From NCBI GenBank assembly GCA_051892935.1, contig JBJFGS010000031.1, forward strand, positions 68,838-132,837: DNA of 64,000 bases, in the 5' to 3' direction. The translations under genes and the position numbers were made by a program. The stretch is from Candidatus Coprovivens sp. Its GTDB lineage: Bacteria; Bacillota_I; Bacilli_A; RF39; UBA660. Positions 1 to 9,908 of the stretch are shown here, one piece after another (positions within the stretch are counted from its first letter, which is position 1; each line of letters opens with the position of its first letter). The notes under the pieces are model-generated. The model ran no database searches and had not been told where the DNA came from. It was given only the letters and a program-made list of their open reading frames with translations.

Positions 1-2
1 TA

Positions 3-509
3 AAAGTTGATTATATTTTTAATATTGGTGTAGCTGGTGGTGTAGATGATTCACTTTCTGTTGGTGATATTGTTTTAGGTGAAAAATTAGTTCAACATGA
101 TTTTGATATTACAGCATTTAATCATGAAAAAGGTTATATACCAAGTGTTGGGGTGTATATTGATACTGATACTTATTTATTAACTTTAGCAGATGGTGTT
201 TTAAAAAAATTGGAGGATATTAGCTTTAAAAGAGGTGTAATAGCTTCTGGAGATATATTTTGTACAGAACTAAAAATGAGCCAGAAAATAAATACTAAGT
301 TTAATGCGTTATGTGTAGAGATGGAAGGTGCTAGTATTGCACAAGTTTGTTATTTGAGTCATATTCCATTTTTAATTATTAGGAGTATTTCTGATGTACC
401 AAATAATGATAATGTTATTACTTATGAAGAATTTTTAAATACGAGTTGTAGAGTTGTAGCTAGAGTAATGGAAAAATTATTAAAAGAATTAAGCAATGTT
501 GAATTATAA
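3..509 (+). CDS. mtnN: 5'-methylthioadenosine/S-adenosylhomocysteine nucleosidase (5' truncated by window edge)
   Basis: Frame is open from base 3 (KVDYIFNIGVAGG...VQHDFD). Motifs IASGDIF, CVEMEGASIAQVC and IIRSISD are typical of MtnN/Pfs. Confidence 0.93.
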   Translation, partial: KVDYIFNIGVAGGVDDSLSVGDIVLGEKLVQHDFDITAFNHEKGYIPSVGVYIDTDTYLLTLADGVLKKLEDISFKRGVIASGDIFCTELKMSQKINTKFNALCVEMEGASIAQVCYLSHIPFLIIRSISDVPNNDNVITYEEFLNTSCRVVARVMEKLLKELSNVEL

Positions 510-568
510 ATGTTGAAAATTATTTTGTAAAATAATACAATATAATATATATGATTGGGGAAGTATTT

Positions 569-1264
569 ATGAGAAAGAATTATCCTGTTTATTATCTAGA
601 TTTGAGAGATAGTTTAGATTTAATTGCAAATAAATTATTATATGCAAAGGAATGTGGTGATGGTTTATATTGTGATTTGAGTGGCTTGGCGATATTAGGT
701 GCTCCTAATGGTGTTTCAATGACTAAAGTTATTTGTTCGGATGATGTTAATAGTGTGGATGATGTTTATAAAGCTATTACAGGTTTAAGTGTTGAAGAAT
801 ATAATAATAGAATGAAAGCAATTAGAGAAGAAGCTACTTTATCTTTAAAAGAAAATAGAGAAAAAATGATGCAATTAGATAGTAAAATAATTTCGTTGCT
901 ACCTGAAATTTCTAGTCAAGGTCTTTCTCTTATTATTCCAGCTTGTAGTGAAGAGTGGAAAAGTATGGTGGAAACAAATTCTCATAGTGAATTAGGTAGA
1001 CTTTATTTATATAGTATTTATCAAGTTTTAATGTCATTGAGTCAAGGGAAAAGTATTGAAGAAGTAAAAAAAGAATATGATGATTTGGCATTAGATGGTG
1101 TAGCAGCAACAAGAGTAAAAGAAGCTATATTTAAATTTTCACCTAGAGGTTTAGAATTCTATAAAGCTGTTTCAACTAAAAAGGAATTATTAATGAAATT
1201 TAAAAAAATAGTTGAAAGAACTACTGAAGATAATAAACGTAAAAAAGGTGTTAGTTTGAAATAG
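569..1264 (+). CDS. hypothetical protein with basic C-terminal tail
   Basis: Long ORF; GGGG RBS before ATG 569; followed by a terminator; no family recognised. Confidence 0.75.
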   Translation: MRKNYPVYYLDLRDSLDLIANKLLYAKECGDGLYCDLSGLAILGAPNGVSMTKVICSDDVNSVDDVYKAITGLSVEEYNNRMKAIREEATLSLKENREKMMQLDSKIISLLPEISSQGLSLIIPACSEEWKSMVETNSHSELGRLYLYSIYQVLMSLSQGKSIEEVKKEYDDLALDGVAATRVKEAIFKFSPRGLEFYKAVSTKKELLMKFKKIVERTTEDNKRKKGVSLK

Positions 1265-1268
1265 GATG

Positions 1269-1297
1269 AAACTAGAACTTCTATTCTAGTTTTTTTA
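1269..1297 (+). terminator. intrinsic terminator
   Basis: aaactagaa-cttcta-ttctagttt hairpin plus T-tract, immediately followed by TGcTATAAT (1298-1306). Confidence 0.8.
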
Positions 1298-1328
1298 TGC
1301 TATAATACTATTTATTTAGGGGGATTTT

Positions 1329-2157
1329 ATGGTAAAAGATGATGTCGTTTTGGCACAGAAGATTATTTCACGCTCTGAATTTAATTTTGGTTGTGAAAAT
1401 ACTTTTCATAATTCTTCAGCTATTTACAGATTTAGTAATGAAAGATTGCAAGATTATGGAGAATATTTTGTTAATAAAAATAAAGTTTTAAGTGTAATAA
1501 GTTCTGGAGATCAAATATTAAATGCAATTTTAAATGGTGTGAAAGATATAGATGCTTTTGATATTAGTGTTTTTCCTAAGTATTTTTTGTATTTAAAAAT
1601 AGGTGCTATTAAGTCTTTAAGTAGAGAAGAGTATTTAAATTTTTTTTTGTGATACGAATTATAGTGCTGAAGATTATGATGATATGTATGAAAAAATACG
1701 AGAAAATTTAGATGAGGAAATAAAGGAATTTTGGGATGGATTATTTAATTTTTTTGATTGGCAAGATATTTATAATTCAACACTATTTTCAAGTGAACCA
1801 TATTTTATTTCTGTTGCTATTGAACAAAATAGATATTTACAGAATGATGAATCTTATAATGAGTTAAGAGATTCTATAAATGATGTCAATATAAATATAT
1901 ATGAAGGAAATATTTTTGATTTAGTAAATTCTTTAAGTAGTAGGTATGATTTAATATATTTATCTAATATTTTTTATTATAATGATGCGAATGATTATAG
2001 GGAATTACTTGGTAAGTTATTGTTAACTGATAATGGTATAACAATAACTTATCTTTATAGAGTTAATGAAAAAATTAAAGAGTTTTTTAGTAGTGATGAA
2101 TATGAATTTGAAAAATTTGTAAATGTAGATTCGGGAATTATGATTTATCATAAATAA
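1329..2157 (+). pseudogene. DUF3419/BtaA-like SAM-binding protein split by a +1 frameshift in a T9 run
   Basis: ORF 1329-1652 (VLSVISSGDQILN, DAFDIS) and ORF 1684-2157 (YDLIYLSNI) fuse in frame if one T is removed from the run at 1640-1648 (NFFCDTNYSAEDYDDMYEK). Confidence 0.75.
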
Positions 2158-2196
2158 TAGTGTATAATATAATATGTATATATGCTATGAGGTGAT

Positions 2197-2982
2197 ATGA
2201 TGCATTTTTGGGAAGAGTTAGAAGATTGTAAATATGATGAAAATGAATATTTGGTTGATTATTTAATTGAAATAGTAAAAGATGAAAAAATAGATAGTTT
2301 GGAAGATTTGCAAGCTTATGAAGATAAATATTTTACTGAATCTAATATGTCTAGAGAAGATTGGGTAAAATGGTATGAGGAATCGTTTGAACATTTACCA
2401 GAAATTGATGAAATGATTAATGATGATGTGGCTTTAAAGGTTAAACAATTAAGATCAGAATTAGAAGTTACTAATGACATTGAAGTAAAAATTAATAATA
2501 TTGTTACAATTTGTGCTTTATTAGAAAAAGAGGTTTGTTTTGTTGTCGAATTGTATAATCTTATAATGGGTGATACTAATTTACCTAAAAAAGTCATTAA
2601 TGTTAATGATAATAGAAATATTGTAATATGTGGAAGTATGAAAGTGAAAGATGATATTTTAAAGAATGCTTTGGTTTTACAAAGTAGGGGATTTGATGTT
2701 TTACTTCCTGAGGAGTGTATGAGAGGTGAAAATAAAAAAATTGCATCTCGTGCACATTTTGATCGAATAGCAAATCCTGATAATAAGGTAGTGTTGATTA
2801 TTAATGTAACAAAGAATGGTATAGATAATTATATTGGACCTAATAGTTTAGCCGAAATAGCAATGGCGTTTTATTATAATAAAAGAATTTATTTATTGAA
2901 TGATATTTATGAACCTTATAAGGATGAACTAGTTGGATGGGGTGTTATTCCTTTAAAAGGTAATTTGGATAATATAAAATAA
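2197..2982 (+). CDS. acidic N-terminal domain fused to a nucleoside 2-deoxyribosyltransferase-like domain
   Basis: C-terminal IVICGSMK...VLLP...HFDRI...YIGPNSLAEIAMAFYYNKRIYLLN pattern of the NDT-like fold. Confidence 0.6.
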   Translation: MMHFWEELEDCKYDENEYLVDYLIEIVKDEKIDSLEDLQAYEDKYFTESNMSREDWVKWYEESFEHLPEIDEMINDDVALKVKQLRSELEVTNDIEVKINNIVTICALLEKEVCFVVELYNLIMGDTNLPKKVINVNDNRNIVICGSMKVKDDILKNALVLQSRGFDVLLPEECMRGENKKIASRAHFDRIANPDNKVVLIINVTKNGIDNYIGPNSLAEIAMAFYYNKRIYLLNDIYEPYKDELVGWGVIPLKGNLDNIK

Positions 2983-3043
2983 TTTGTGGATTAGTAAGTA
3001 TCTTTATTTTTATATTTCGATGAACTTATAATAGGTGATAATT

Positions 3044-4429
3044 ATGTATGATGAAGAAGTGAAAAAAATATTATTAGATAATATAAATGCTATACTAGGG
3101 GATAGAAAAGATGAAGAGCTTAAGAAGTATTTATTAGAAAAAGGTAAAAAAGCTTATGTATATTATCAACAATATGGTATGGAAGCAATGTTAAGTATGT
3201 TAAAAGTAAAGATACCTGAAATGATAGGTGAATATGATAGAATGCATGAAGCTTACTTGACTCAGAAGTATGATCTTGATAATAGATTTGGAATAAGTAT
3301 ATCTTTTGAATTAATTGATTTAATCAATATAATGAGACAATGTTCTAGTAGCGAAGAGTTTGAGTTAAGGAAGAATGAATATATTTTATCATTAGGTGGT
3401 TTACCTATATTAGATGGTATTAGAGAAGTTACTTATGAAGAAATACAAAATATATATAAAAATATAATTGATAATGTAGATTGTATTACACCAGAAGTAG
3501 AAGGTAAGATGACTGCTACTATAAATAGTAATGTTCCTTTATTTGATGAAAATGGTAATATTAACCAGGAGTTATTTAATTTTAAATATTTAGAGAAAGT
3601 TATTGAATTTGCTAAAGAGCATAATTTAGAAGTTCGTTTACATACCTTGGTATGGCATAAACATTTTCCTCTAGTGTTGCGTAATCAACCTAAAGAAATT
3701 GTTAGGGAATTTTTGAAAGTTTATTTTGATAAAATAGCTAATTTGGGTGGTGAAGACTTTTCTTTTTATACAGTAGATGTTATTAATGAAATTGTTACTG
3801 ATTCTAAAGATGATACAGAAGAAGATTTACGTAAGTCAGAATGGAGTAAGCTATTTGGAAGTGAGTATTATGTTGATGTATTAAGACTTGCTAGGGAAAG
3901 TTTTGGCCCAAATACTAAGATAGCTTATAACGAATATGATGAACAAGTACCCAATAAAAGAGCTCGTATAATGAGAGTTATTAATGAGATAAAGAAAAGG
4001 CAAAGAGATGGTGAAAGACTTCTTGATGTGTTTGGTATGCAAGCTCATTATACACAATATACTGAAGATAAAGATATTAAGGAAGCATTTTCGGATTTAT
4101 CAAAAACTGGTTTAGAGTTACAAGTATCTGAGCTAGATGTTTCTTTTCATCAACAAGAAAATAACTTGCAAATGAATAGGGTATTTAGAACTATATTTGA
4201 TTGTGCTTCTTCGTATAATTTAGATTTAATTAATATGTGGGGAGTTAGTAAAAATATTTCTTGGAAAAGAGGAGAGTGTCAAACTTTCTTAGATGAACAA
4301 GGTAATGTAAATAAAAATGTTGAAAAGTTAATTAATGGTTTTAGTAGAAAAAGAATTGTCCAAAGAAAAAAAATTGAAATAGAAAATGAAGTAGGTAAAT
4401 CATCAAGTTATTCACAGCAAGAACAATAA
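3044..4429 (+). CDS. GH10 (endo-1,4-beta-xylanase family) glycoside hydrolase with N-terminal extension
   Basis: HTLVWH, DVINE (acid/base Glu), YNEYD, GMQAH, QVSELDV (nucleophile Glu) and WG motifs. Confidence 0.85.
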   Translation: MYDEEVKKILLDNINAILGDRKDEELKKYLLEKGKKAYVYYQQYGMEAMLSMLKVKIPEMIGEYDRMHEAYLTQKYDLDNRFGISISFELIDLINIMRQCSSSEEFELRKNEYILSLGGLPILDGIREVTYEEIQNIYKNIIDNVDCITPEVEGKMTATINSNVPLFDENGNINQELFNFKYLEKVIEFAKEHNLEVRLHTLVWHKHFPLVLRNQPKEIVREFLKVYFDKIANLGGEDFSFYTVDVINEIVTDSKDDTEEDLRKSEWSKLFGSEYYVDVLRLARESFGPNTKIAYNEYDEQVPNKRARIMRVINEIKKRQRDGERLLDVFGMQAHYTQYTEDKDIKEAFSDLSKTGLELQVSELDVSFHQQENNLQMNRVFRTIFDCASSYNLDLINMWGVSKNISWKRGECQTFLDEQGNVNKNVEKLINGFSRKRIVQRKKIEIENEVGKSSSYSQQEQ

Positions 4430-4436
4430 TTATTAT

Positions 4437-4465
4437 TTGACAAATAGAGCAATTGAGATTAAAAT
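4437..4465 (+). promoter_or_regulatory. sigma-A promoter of the T-box/aspS operon
   Basis: TTGACA (4437-4442), 17-bp spacer, TAAAAT (4460-4465). Confidence 0.8.
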
Positions 4466-4477
4466 AGCGTTATAAAC

Positions 4478-4700
4478 GTTGATTGAGAAGAGTATTATGT
4501 AGAAATATTCTAGAGAGTTAGTGATTGGTGGAAACTAATATAGGATACATAAGAAGACACTCAGGAGTTGATTAGAAAATACATATCTAATCCGGTTAAT
4601 AGCCGTTATATATAAAGAGATTATGAATATCATAATAATTTGGGTGGTACCGCGGATTTAACAGTTATTCGTCCCTTGTGGATGTTTAACTGTTTTTTAT
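4478..4700 (+). ncRNA. T-box riboswitch with Asp (GAC) specifier
   Basis: AGAGA and GGTGGAA stem I motifs; specifier GAAGAC (GAC at 4556-4558); T-box AATTTGGGTGGTACCGCG (~4637-4654); terminator acagtta...taactgt plus T-run; directly upstream of aspS. Confidence 0.92.
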
Positions 4701-4724
4701 TTATAAAGAAAGGTGGAAAAAATT

Positions 4725-6485
4725 ATGTTAGAAAAGTTTAAACATTATAATATTAATAATGTAGGAGAGGAAGTTACTTTAGTAGGTTGGGTTTCTAAAG
4801 TAAGAAATCTTGGAGGCTTAGTATTTATTGATTTAAGAAATAGAACAGGTATTATGCAAGTAGTAGTAAGACCTGAAAATGAATATTACTCTGTTGCTGA
4901 GTCGTTAAAGAATGAATATGTAATCGAAGTAACTGGTAAAATTGTCGAAAGAGAAAGTAAGAATACTAAGCTAGAGACTGGGGAAATAGAAGTAGAAGTT
5001 AGTAAGTTAGTACTTATCAACAAGTCAAAAGAAGTTCCGTTTGCTATTCAAGATGAAACTAATGCATTAGAAGATACTAGATTAAAATATAGATATCTGG
5101 ATTTAAGAAGAGAATCATTAAAAAATAATTTCGTTATTAGAAATGATATTACTTTTGCTACTAGAAAATTTTTGAATAGTTTAGATTTCTTAGAAGTTGA
5201 AACTCCTATTTTATGTAAGTCAACTCCAGAAGGGGCTAGAGACTATTTAGTACCTAGTAGAGTTAATAAAGGTAAGTTCTATGCATTACCACAATCTCCA
5301 CAAATATTTAAACAGTTATTAATGGTATCTGGATTTGAAAGATATTTCCAAATAGCTAAATGTTTTAGAGATGAAGATTTAAGAGCAGATAGACAACCTG
5401 AATTTACACAGATAGATGTTGAGATGTCATTTGTTGATGAAGATCAAGTTATGTGGTTAGGTGAAAACTTAGTAGCTAGTATTTTTAAAGAAGTAAAAGG
5501 TATTGATGTTGAACTTCCATTAATGAGAATGAAATATGATGATGCGATGGCTAAATATGGTTCTGATAAACCTGATTTAAGATTTGGTATGGAAATACAA
5601 GATATTACTGAAGTATTTAAAGATACTGAATTCATGGTATTTAAAAATGTAATTAGTGAAGGTGGAGTAATTAATGCTATAGTAGTTAAAGATGTTGCTG
5701 ATAAGTATTCTAGAAAAGAATTAGATAAATTGACTGATTATGTTAAAACTTATAGAGCTAGTGGTTTAGCTTACTTAAAATATCAAGAAGAAGTAAGTGG
5801 ATCAATTTTCAAAGTAATGAGTGAAACTGAAGTTAATGCTGTTAGAGAAACTTTAGGTGTAGAAAATAACGATTTAGTATTAATTGTTAGTGGAGTTTAT
5901 AAAATTGTTAAGGTTGCTCTTGGTGCATTAAGATGTAAATTAGCTAGAGACTTAGGTTTAATCAAACCTGGTGATTATAAGTTATTATGGGTTACTGATT
6001 TTCCTTCATTTGAATATAGTGAAGAAGAAGGAAGATATATGGCTTGTCATCATCCATTTACTGCGCCTAAAGATGAAGATGTTGATAAGTTATTAACAGA
6101 TAAAGCTAATTGTTATAGTAAAGCTTATGACATTGTAATTAATGGATATGAAGCTGGTGGTGGATCTATTCGTATCCATGATGAAAAAGTACAAGAAACT
6201 ATGTTTAAAGCTTTAGAATTGACTGATGAAGATATTCAAAATAAATTTGGTTTCTTCGTTGATGCTTTAAAATATGGTTGTCCTCCTCATGGTGGATTTG
6301 CACTTGGTTTAGATAGACTTACTATGTTACTTGCTGAGACTGAAAATATTCGTGATGTTATTGCATTTCCTAAGACTGCAAGTGCTACTGATTTAATGTG
6401 TGAATGTCCAAGTAGTGTTGATGAAGCTCAACTTATTGAACTTGGTCTTGCTTTAAGAGAAGAAAAGAAAAATGAAGAAAATTAA
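4725..6485 (+). CDS. aspS: aspartyl-tRNA synthetase, bacterial type (with GAD insertion)
   Basis: TPEGARDYLVPSR, LPQSPQIFKQ, FRDEDLRADRQPEFTQ, GGSIRIH, PPHGG, IAFPKT. Confidence 0.97.
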   Translation: MLEKFKHYNINNVGEEVTLVGWVSKVRNLGGLVFIDLRNRTGIMQVVVRPENEYYSVAESLKNEYVIEVTGKIVERESKNTKLETGEIEVEVSKLVLINKSKEVPFAIQDETNALEDTRLKYRYLDLRRESLKNNFVIRNDITFATRKFLNSLDFLEVETPILCKSTPEGARDYLVPSRVNKGKFYALPQSPQIFKQLLMVSGFERYFQIAKCFRDEDLRADRQPEFTQIDVEMSFVDEDQVMWLGENLVASIFKEVKGIDVELPLMRMKYDDAMAKYGSDKPDLRFGMEIQDITEVFKDTEFMVFKNVISEGGVINAIVVKDVADKYSRKELDKLTDYVKTYRASGLAYLKYQEEVSGSIFKVMSETEVNAVRETLGVENNDLVLIVSGVYKIVKVALGALRCKLARDLGLIKPGDYKLLWVTDFPSFEYSEEEGRYMACHHPFTAPKDEDVDKLLTDKANCYSKAYDIVINGYEAGGGSIRIHDEKVQETMFKALELTDEDIQNKFGFFVDALKYGCPPHGGFALGLDRLTMLLAETENIRDVIAFPKTASATDLMCECPSSVDEAQLIELGLALREEKKNEEN

Positions 6486-7785
6486 TTTTTCAGAATTAAA
6501 AAGTTATTATAATGAAGTAGTTGAACTTCATGGATTTGTTGAAAAGGTAAGAGATTTACAATATGTACAATTTCTTATCTTAAGAGATAGGTCTGGTAGT
6601 GTACAAGTAACATTAGAGAAAGATGGTAGTTTAGAGGCATTAAATGAAATTGTTACGAATTTAAAATTAGAAAGTACTGTTAAAGTAACTGGTAAAGTAT
6701 TAGAAAATGAGAAAGTTAAACTTGGTGGGTTAGAAGTAATACCTACTATGATAGAAATAACTAGTGAACCAAAAGAAGAATTACCAATAAATTATAAGGA
6801 TTTAAATGGGACAAATTTGGACACCAGGATGGATTATCGATTCTTAGATTTGCGTAATGAAAAGAATCTATTAATGTTTAAAGTGCAAAGTTGTTTTGTA
6901 GAAGCAATGAGAGATTTCTTATATAAGAATAATTTTATGGAAATACATACTCCTAAATTAATAGGAGCTGCTTCTGAATCAGGTAGTGAAGTATTTGAAG
7001 TTAAGTATTTTAAAGATAAAGCTTTTTTAGCACAGAGTCCACAGTTTTATAAACAAATGGCGATAGCTGCAGGATTTGAAAAAGTCTTTGAGGTAGGTCC
7101 AGTATTTAGAGCAGAGAATTCTAATACAAATAGACATGCTACTGAGTTTACAGGATTCGATTTAGAATTTAGTTATATTGATTCATACGAAGATGTAATG
7201 GAAATAGAAGAAGATATCCTAATAGCTGGTTTAACTAAAGTAAAAGATTTGTATGGTAATGATATTAAGAGACTTTATAATATAGAAGTAGTTATTCCTA
7301 AAAAACCATTTCCAAGAATTAAATTACAAGATTTATATCAAGAAATACATAAGAGATATAAATATGAAATACCTACTGAAGATGTAGGAGATATGAATAG
7401 TGAAGCTGAAAAATTAGCTTCTCGTTATGCAATGGAAGAATATGGACATGAATTTATATTTATAACTGATTTTGCTAAAACTAAAAGGGCTTTTTATCAT
7501 ATGAGAAAAGATGATATTCCACAGGGATATGACTTAATTTGGAGAGGTACAGAAATTACTACAGGTGCGCAAAGAGAACATAGATATGATATATTATGTG
7601 AACAAGCTAAAGAAAAAGGATTAGGTAAGGACGTAGAGTTTTATTTAGAATTCTTTAAATATGGATGTCCGCCACATGGTGGATTTGGTCTTGGAGTAGA
7701 TAGACTCACAATGTTATTATTAGGAACCTCTTCTTTAAAAGAAACAATGTTTTTATTTAGAGGACCTAATAGGTTAACACCATAA
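6472..7785 (+). CDS. aspS: second aspartyl-tRNA synthetase, short archaeal/eukaryal type
   Basis: 437 aa, no GAD domain; LAQSPQFYKQM, FRAENSNTNRHATEF, GAQREH, PPHGGFGLG; start overlaps the end of the first aspS. Confidence 0.9.
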   Translation: MKKINFSELKSYYNEVVELHGFVEKVRDLQYVQFLILRDRSGSVQVTLEKDGSLEALNEIVTNLKLESTVKVTGKVLENEKVKLGGLEVIPTMIEITSEPKEELPINYKDLNGTNLDTRMDYRFLDLRNEKNLLMFKVQSCFVEAMRDFLYKNNFMEIHTPKLIGAASESGSEVFEVKYFKDKAFLAQSPQFYKQMAIAAGFEKVFEVGPVFRAENSNTNRHATEFTGFDLEFSYIDSYEDVMEIEEDILIAGLTKVKDLYGNDIKRLYNIEVVIPKKPFPRIKLQDLYQEIHKRYKYEIPTEDVGDMNSEAEKLASRYAMEEYGHEFIFITDFAKTKRAFYHMRKDDIPQGYDLIWRGTEITTGAQREHRYDILCEQAKEKGLGKDVEFYLEFFKYGCPPHGGFGLGVDRLTMLLLGTSSLKETMFLFRGPNRLTP

Positions 7786-7793
7786 GGATTTAT

Positions 7794-8480
7794 ATGAAAT
7801 ATCAATATAGTGAAATAGATATGGCTTATGTTTATCGAAATCCTGAAGAATTCATTATTCCTGAAAATTTAGCAGCTTGTAAATTATTATGGAGTAAGAA
7901 TATTTTTACTAAAATGTGTAATAATTATGATAATGAATTTTCGTGGATTACTATAAATTGTTTGTCTAGAGAAAATCAAGGTATTTTTGATTATTTAAGT
8001 AAAATAGATAATAGATTTGGAGCTACTTGGGGTGGTATTGGTCTTATTGTACCTATTAAACCAGAGCCAGGAATTGATACATTTGAAGCATTTAAGGAAT
8101 TAATAGATTCTTTTGAAGTACAAGATGTTCAAAAAGACGGATGTATGGATTATGAAGAATTTATGAGAATGTATACAGATTGTTATAGAATTATAGATAA
8201 TCCTGAATATGTTTATGTTCCAAAACCTAAATTAGATGATTATGATGATGCTATGGAATACTCTAGAGCTTTTGATAGATATGTTGAATCAACATTAGTA
8301 CCTATGAAATTAAGAGTATTTGATGAAAGTAAAATGACTAAATCATTTGAAGAATATATTAATGATAGTAGATTTAAAGGTTTGTATGATGAAGATAATA
8401 GAAAGATTTATTATAATCAGATGTATTATCATGCACACATGAGATATAAAAGAGAAAGTAAAACACCTAAATTAAATTAG
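7794..8480 (+). CDS. hypothetical protein
   Basis: 228-aa ORF with AGGA RBS and host-like codon usage; no family recognised. Confidence 0.75.
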   Translation: MKYQYSEIDMAYVYRNPEEFIIPENLAACKLLWSKNIFTKMCNNYDNEFSWITINCLSRENQGIFDYLSKIDNRFGATWGGIGLIVPIKPEPGIDTFEAFKELIDSFEVQDVQKDGCMDYEEFMRMYTDCYRIIDNPEYVYVPKPKLDDYDDAMEYSRAFDRYVESTLVPMKLRVFDESKMTKSFEEYINDSRFKGLYDEDNRKIYYNQMYYHAHMRYKRESKTPKLN

Positions 8481-8584
8481 GTGTTTTATAATTTGTTTTA
8501 AAATACATAATTAAATGTATTTTTTTTACTTTTTTTAATTTATATGTGTTATAATTCTAATAGAATAATAAAGAGGTGTTTATA

Positions 8585-9874
8585 ATGACTGATAGAGAAA
8601 CTAATATAAGAAGTGTTTTGTTTTTAGTTATAGGTATATTGCTTCTATTATCATTAGTTATTTGTATATATATTGTTATTGGAGAAAAGGATCTTGTTAA
8701 AACTGATGCTGTTGTTACTGATGTAAAAAAAGATGTTAATGGTACCGGAAAAAATGATATTTATTTAACATATGAAGTTGATGGTACTTCTTATAAATAT
8801 AATTATTATACAAAAGATGATCTTAATGTAGATGATATTGTTTCAATTTATTATCATTCAAAGAATGCAACATCTGTTACAACATTTAAAGTTCCAAAAA
8901 TTATATTTATTTGTCCGGTTATTGGTTTAGTATTATGTATTTTAGGTTTATATGAGTTATTTAAAAAGAATACTAGCGATGATGGAGAAGAAGATTTTAA
9001 AACTTCTGTAATTGGTGTAGTTGGTAATACACAGCAATTGAAAATTGTTGCGGATACTGAAGCTCAGGAATATGAAAAAACTCCAGAAGAAAAAATTGAA
9101 CCGGTAGTTAAAACTATAAAAAAAGTTGTTACTGTTCAAACTAATAGCTCAGTTGATACTGCAACGCCAACAAAAAAAGAAGAAGTTGTTGAATCAGTAG
9201 AAAAACCAAAAATTTCTTCACCAATTATAATTGAAAAGAAGACTGAACCGGTGGTAAAACCAGCTCCAAAAGCTACTCCAGCTATGGTTGAGGCTGAACC
9301 TACTAAAAAAGAAGAACAAGTTATTAAACCTGAACCTGTTGTTACAAAGACTGAGGACGTAAAATCCACATCTGCTCCTGTTCCTGAAGATGTTGTTATT
9401 CCAAAACCAGCAGTTTCATCATCAGTAACAGATGATATAGTTAAAAAAGTACAAAATACGATGGTTTCTGCAGATAGTAAAAAGGTTACAATAGATGAAG
9501 ATGATATTAAACAAGCTATTAAGGACGTTTTAAAAGAAGTAATTGCTGAAGTAAAAGAAGAAAAGACACCTCCAAAAAAAGTTGAACAAAGAAGAGTATT
9601 ACCAAATTATTACTATATTTCAGGAACTTCATTAATATATGAAGAAGCTGGTAAAGAAGCCAAAGAAATCAGTTTAAAGACAGTAAAAAAGGTTGTTAGA
9701 ACTGTTAATAGTGAAGGAAATGTAGTTAAATTAATTGTTTCAAATGATGAAATAAAGTGTATTTTAACAAATATGAAGAATATTGATTTGGAACAGGTTG
9801 CAAGTTTGTTAAATAATAAAATGCGTACAATAGATGAAAGTTTTAAAGAAGAAGTTGAATATAAAGAATATTAA
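8585..9874 (+). CDS. membrane protein: two TM helices flanking a DUF3592-like beta domain, then a P/E/K/T-rich linker and a C-terminal domain
   Basis: TM - DAVVTDV...YEVDGTSY...IYYH - TM pattern; low-complexity linker. Confidence 0.65.
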   Translation: MTDRETNIRSVLFLVIGILLLLSLVICIYIVIGEKDLVKTDAVVTDVKKDVNGTGKNDIYLTYEVDGTSYKYNYYTKDDLNVDDIVSIYYHSKNATSVTTFKVPKIIFICPVIGLVLCILGLYELFKKNTSDDGEEDFKTSVIGVVGNTQQLKIVADTEAQEYEKTPEEKIEPVVKTIKKVVTVQTNSSVDTATPTKKEEVVESVEKPKISSPIIIEKKTEPVVKPAPKATPAMVEAEPTKKEEQVIKPEPVVTKTEDVKSTSAPVPEDVVIPKPAVSSSVTDDIVKKVQNTMVSADSKKVTIDEDDIKQAIKDVLKEVIAEVKEEKTPPKKVEQRRVLPNYYYISGTSLIYEEAGKEAKEISLKTVKKVVRTVNSEGNVVKLIVSNDEIKCILTNMKNIDLEQVASLLNNKMRTIDESFKEEVEYKEY

Positions 9875-9908
9875 AAAATATAAATATTTTATTCTATATT
9901 AATGATGG

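Noticed and set aside
6472-7785. Second synthetase as asparaginyl-tRNA synthetase (asnS)
   Set aside because: It has the AspRS motifs QSPQFYKQ and GAQREH, not the AsnRS SGQL and GSQRE motifs.
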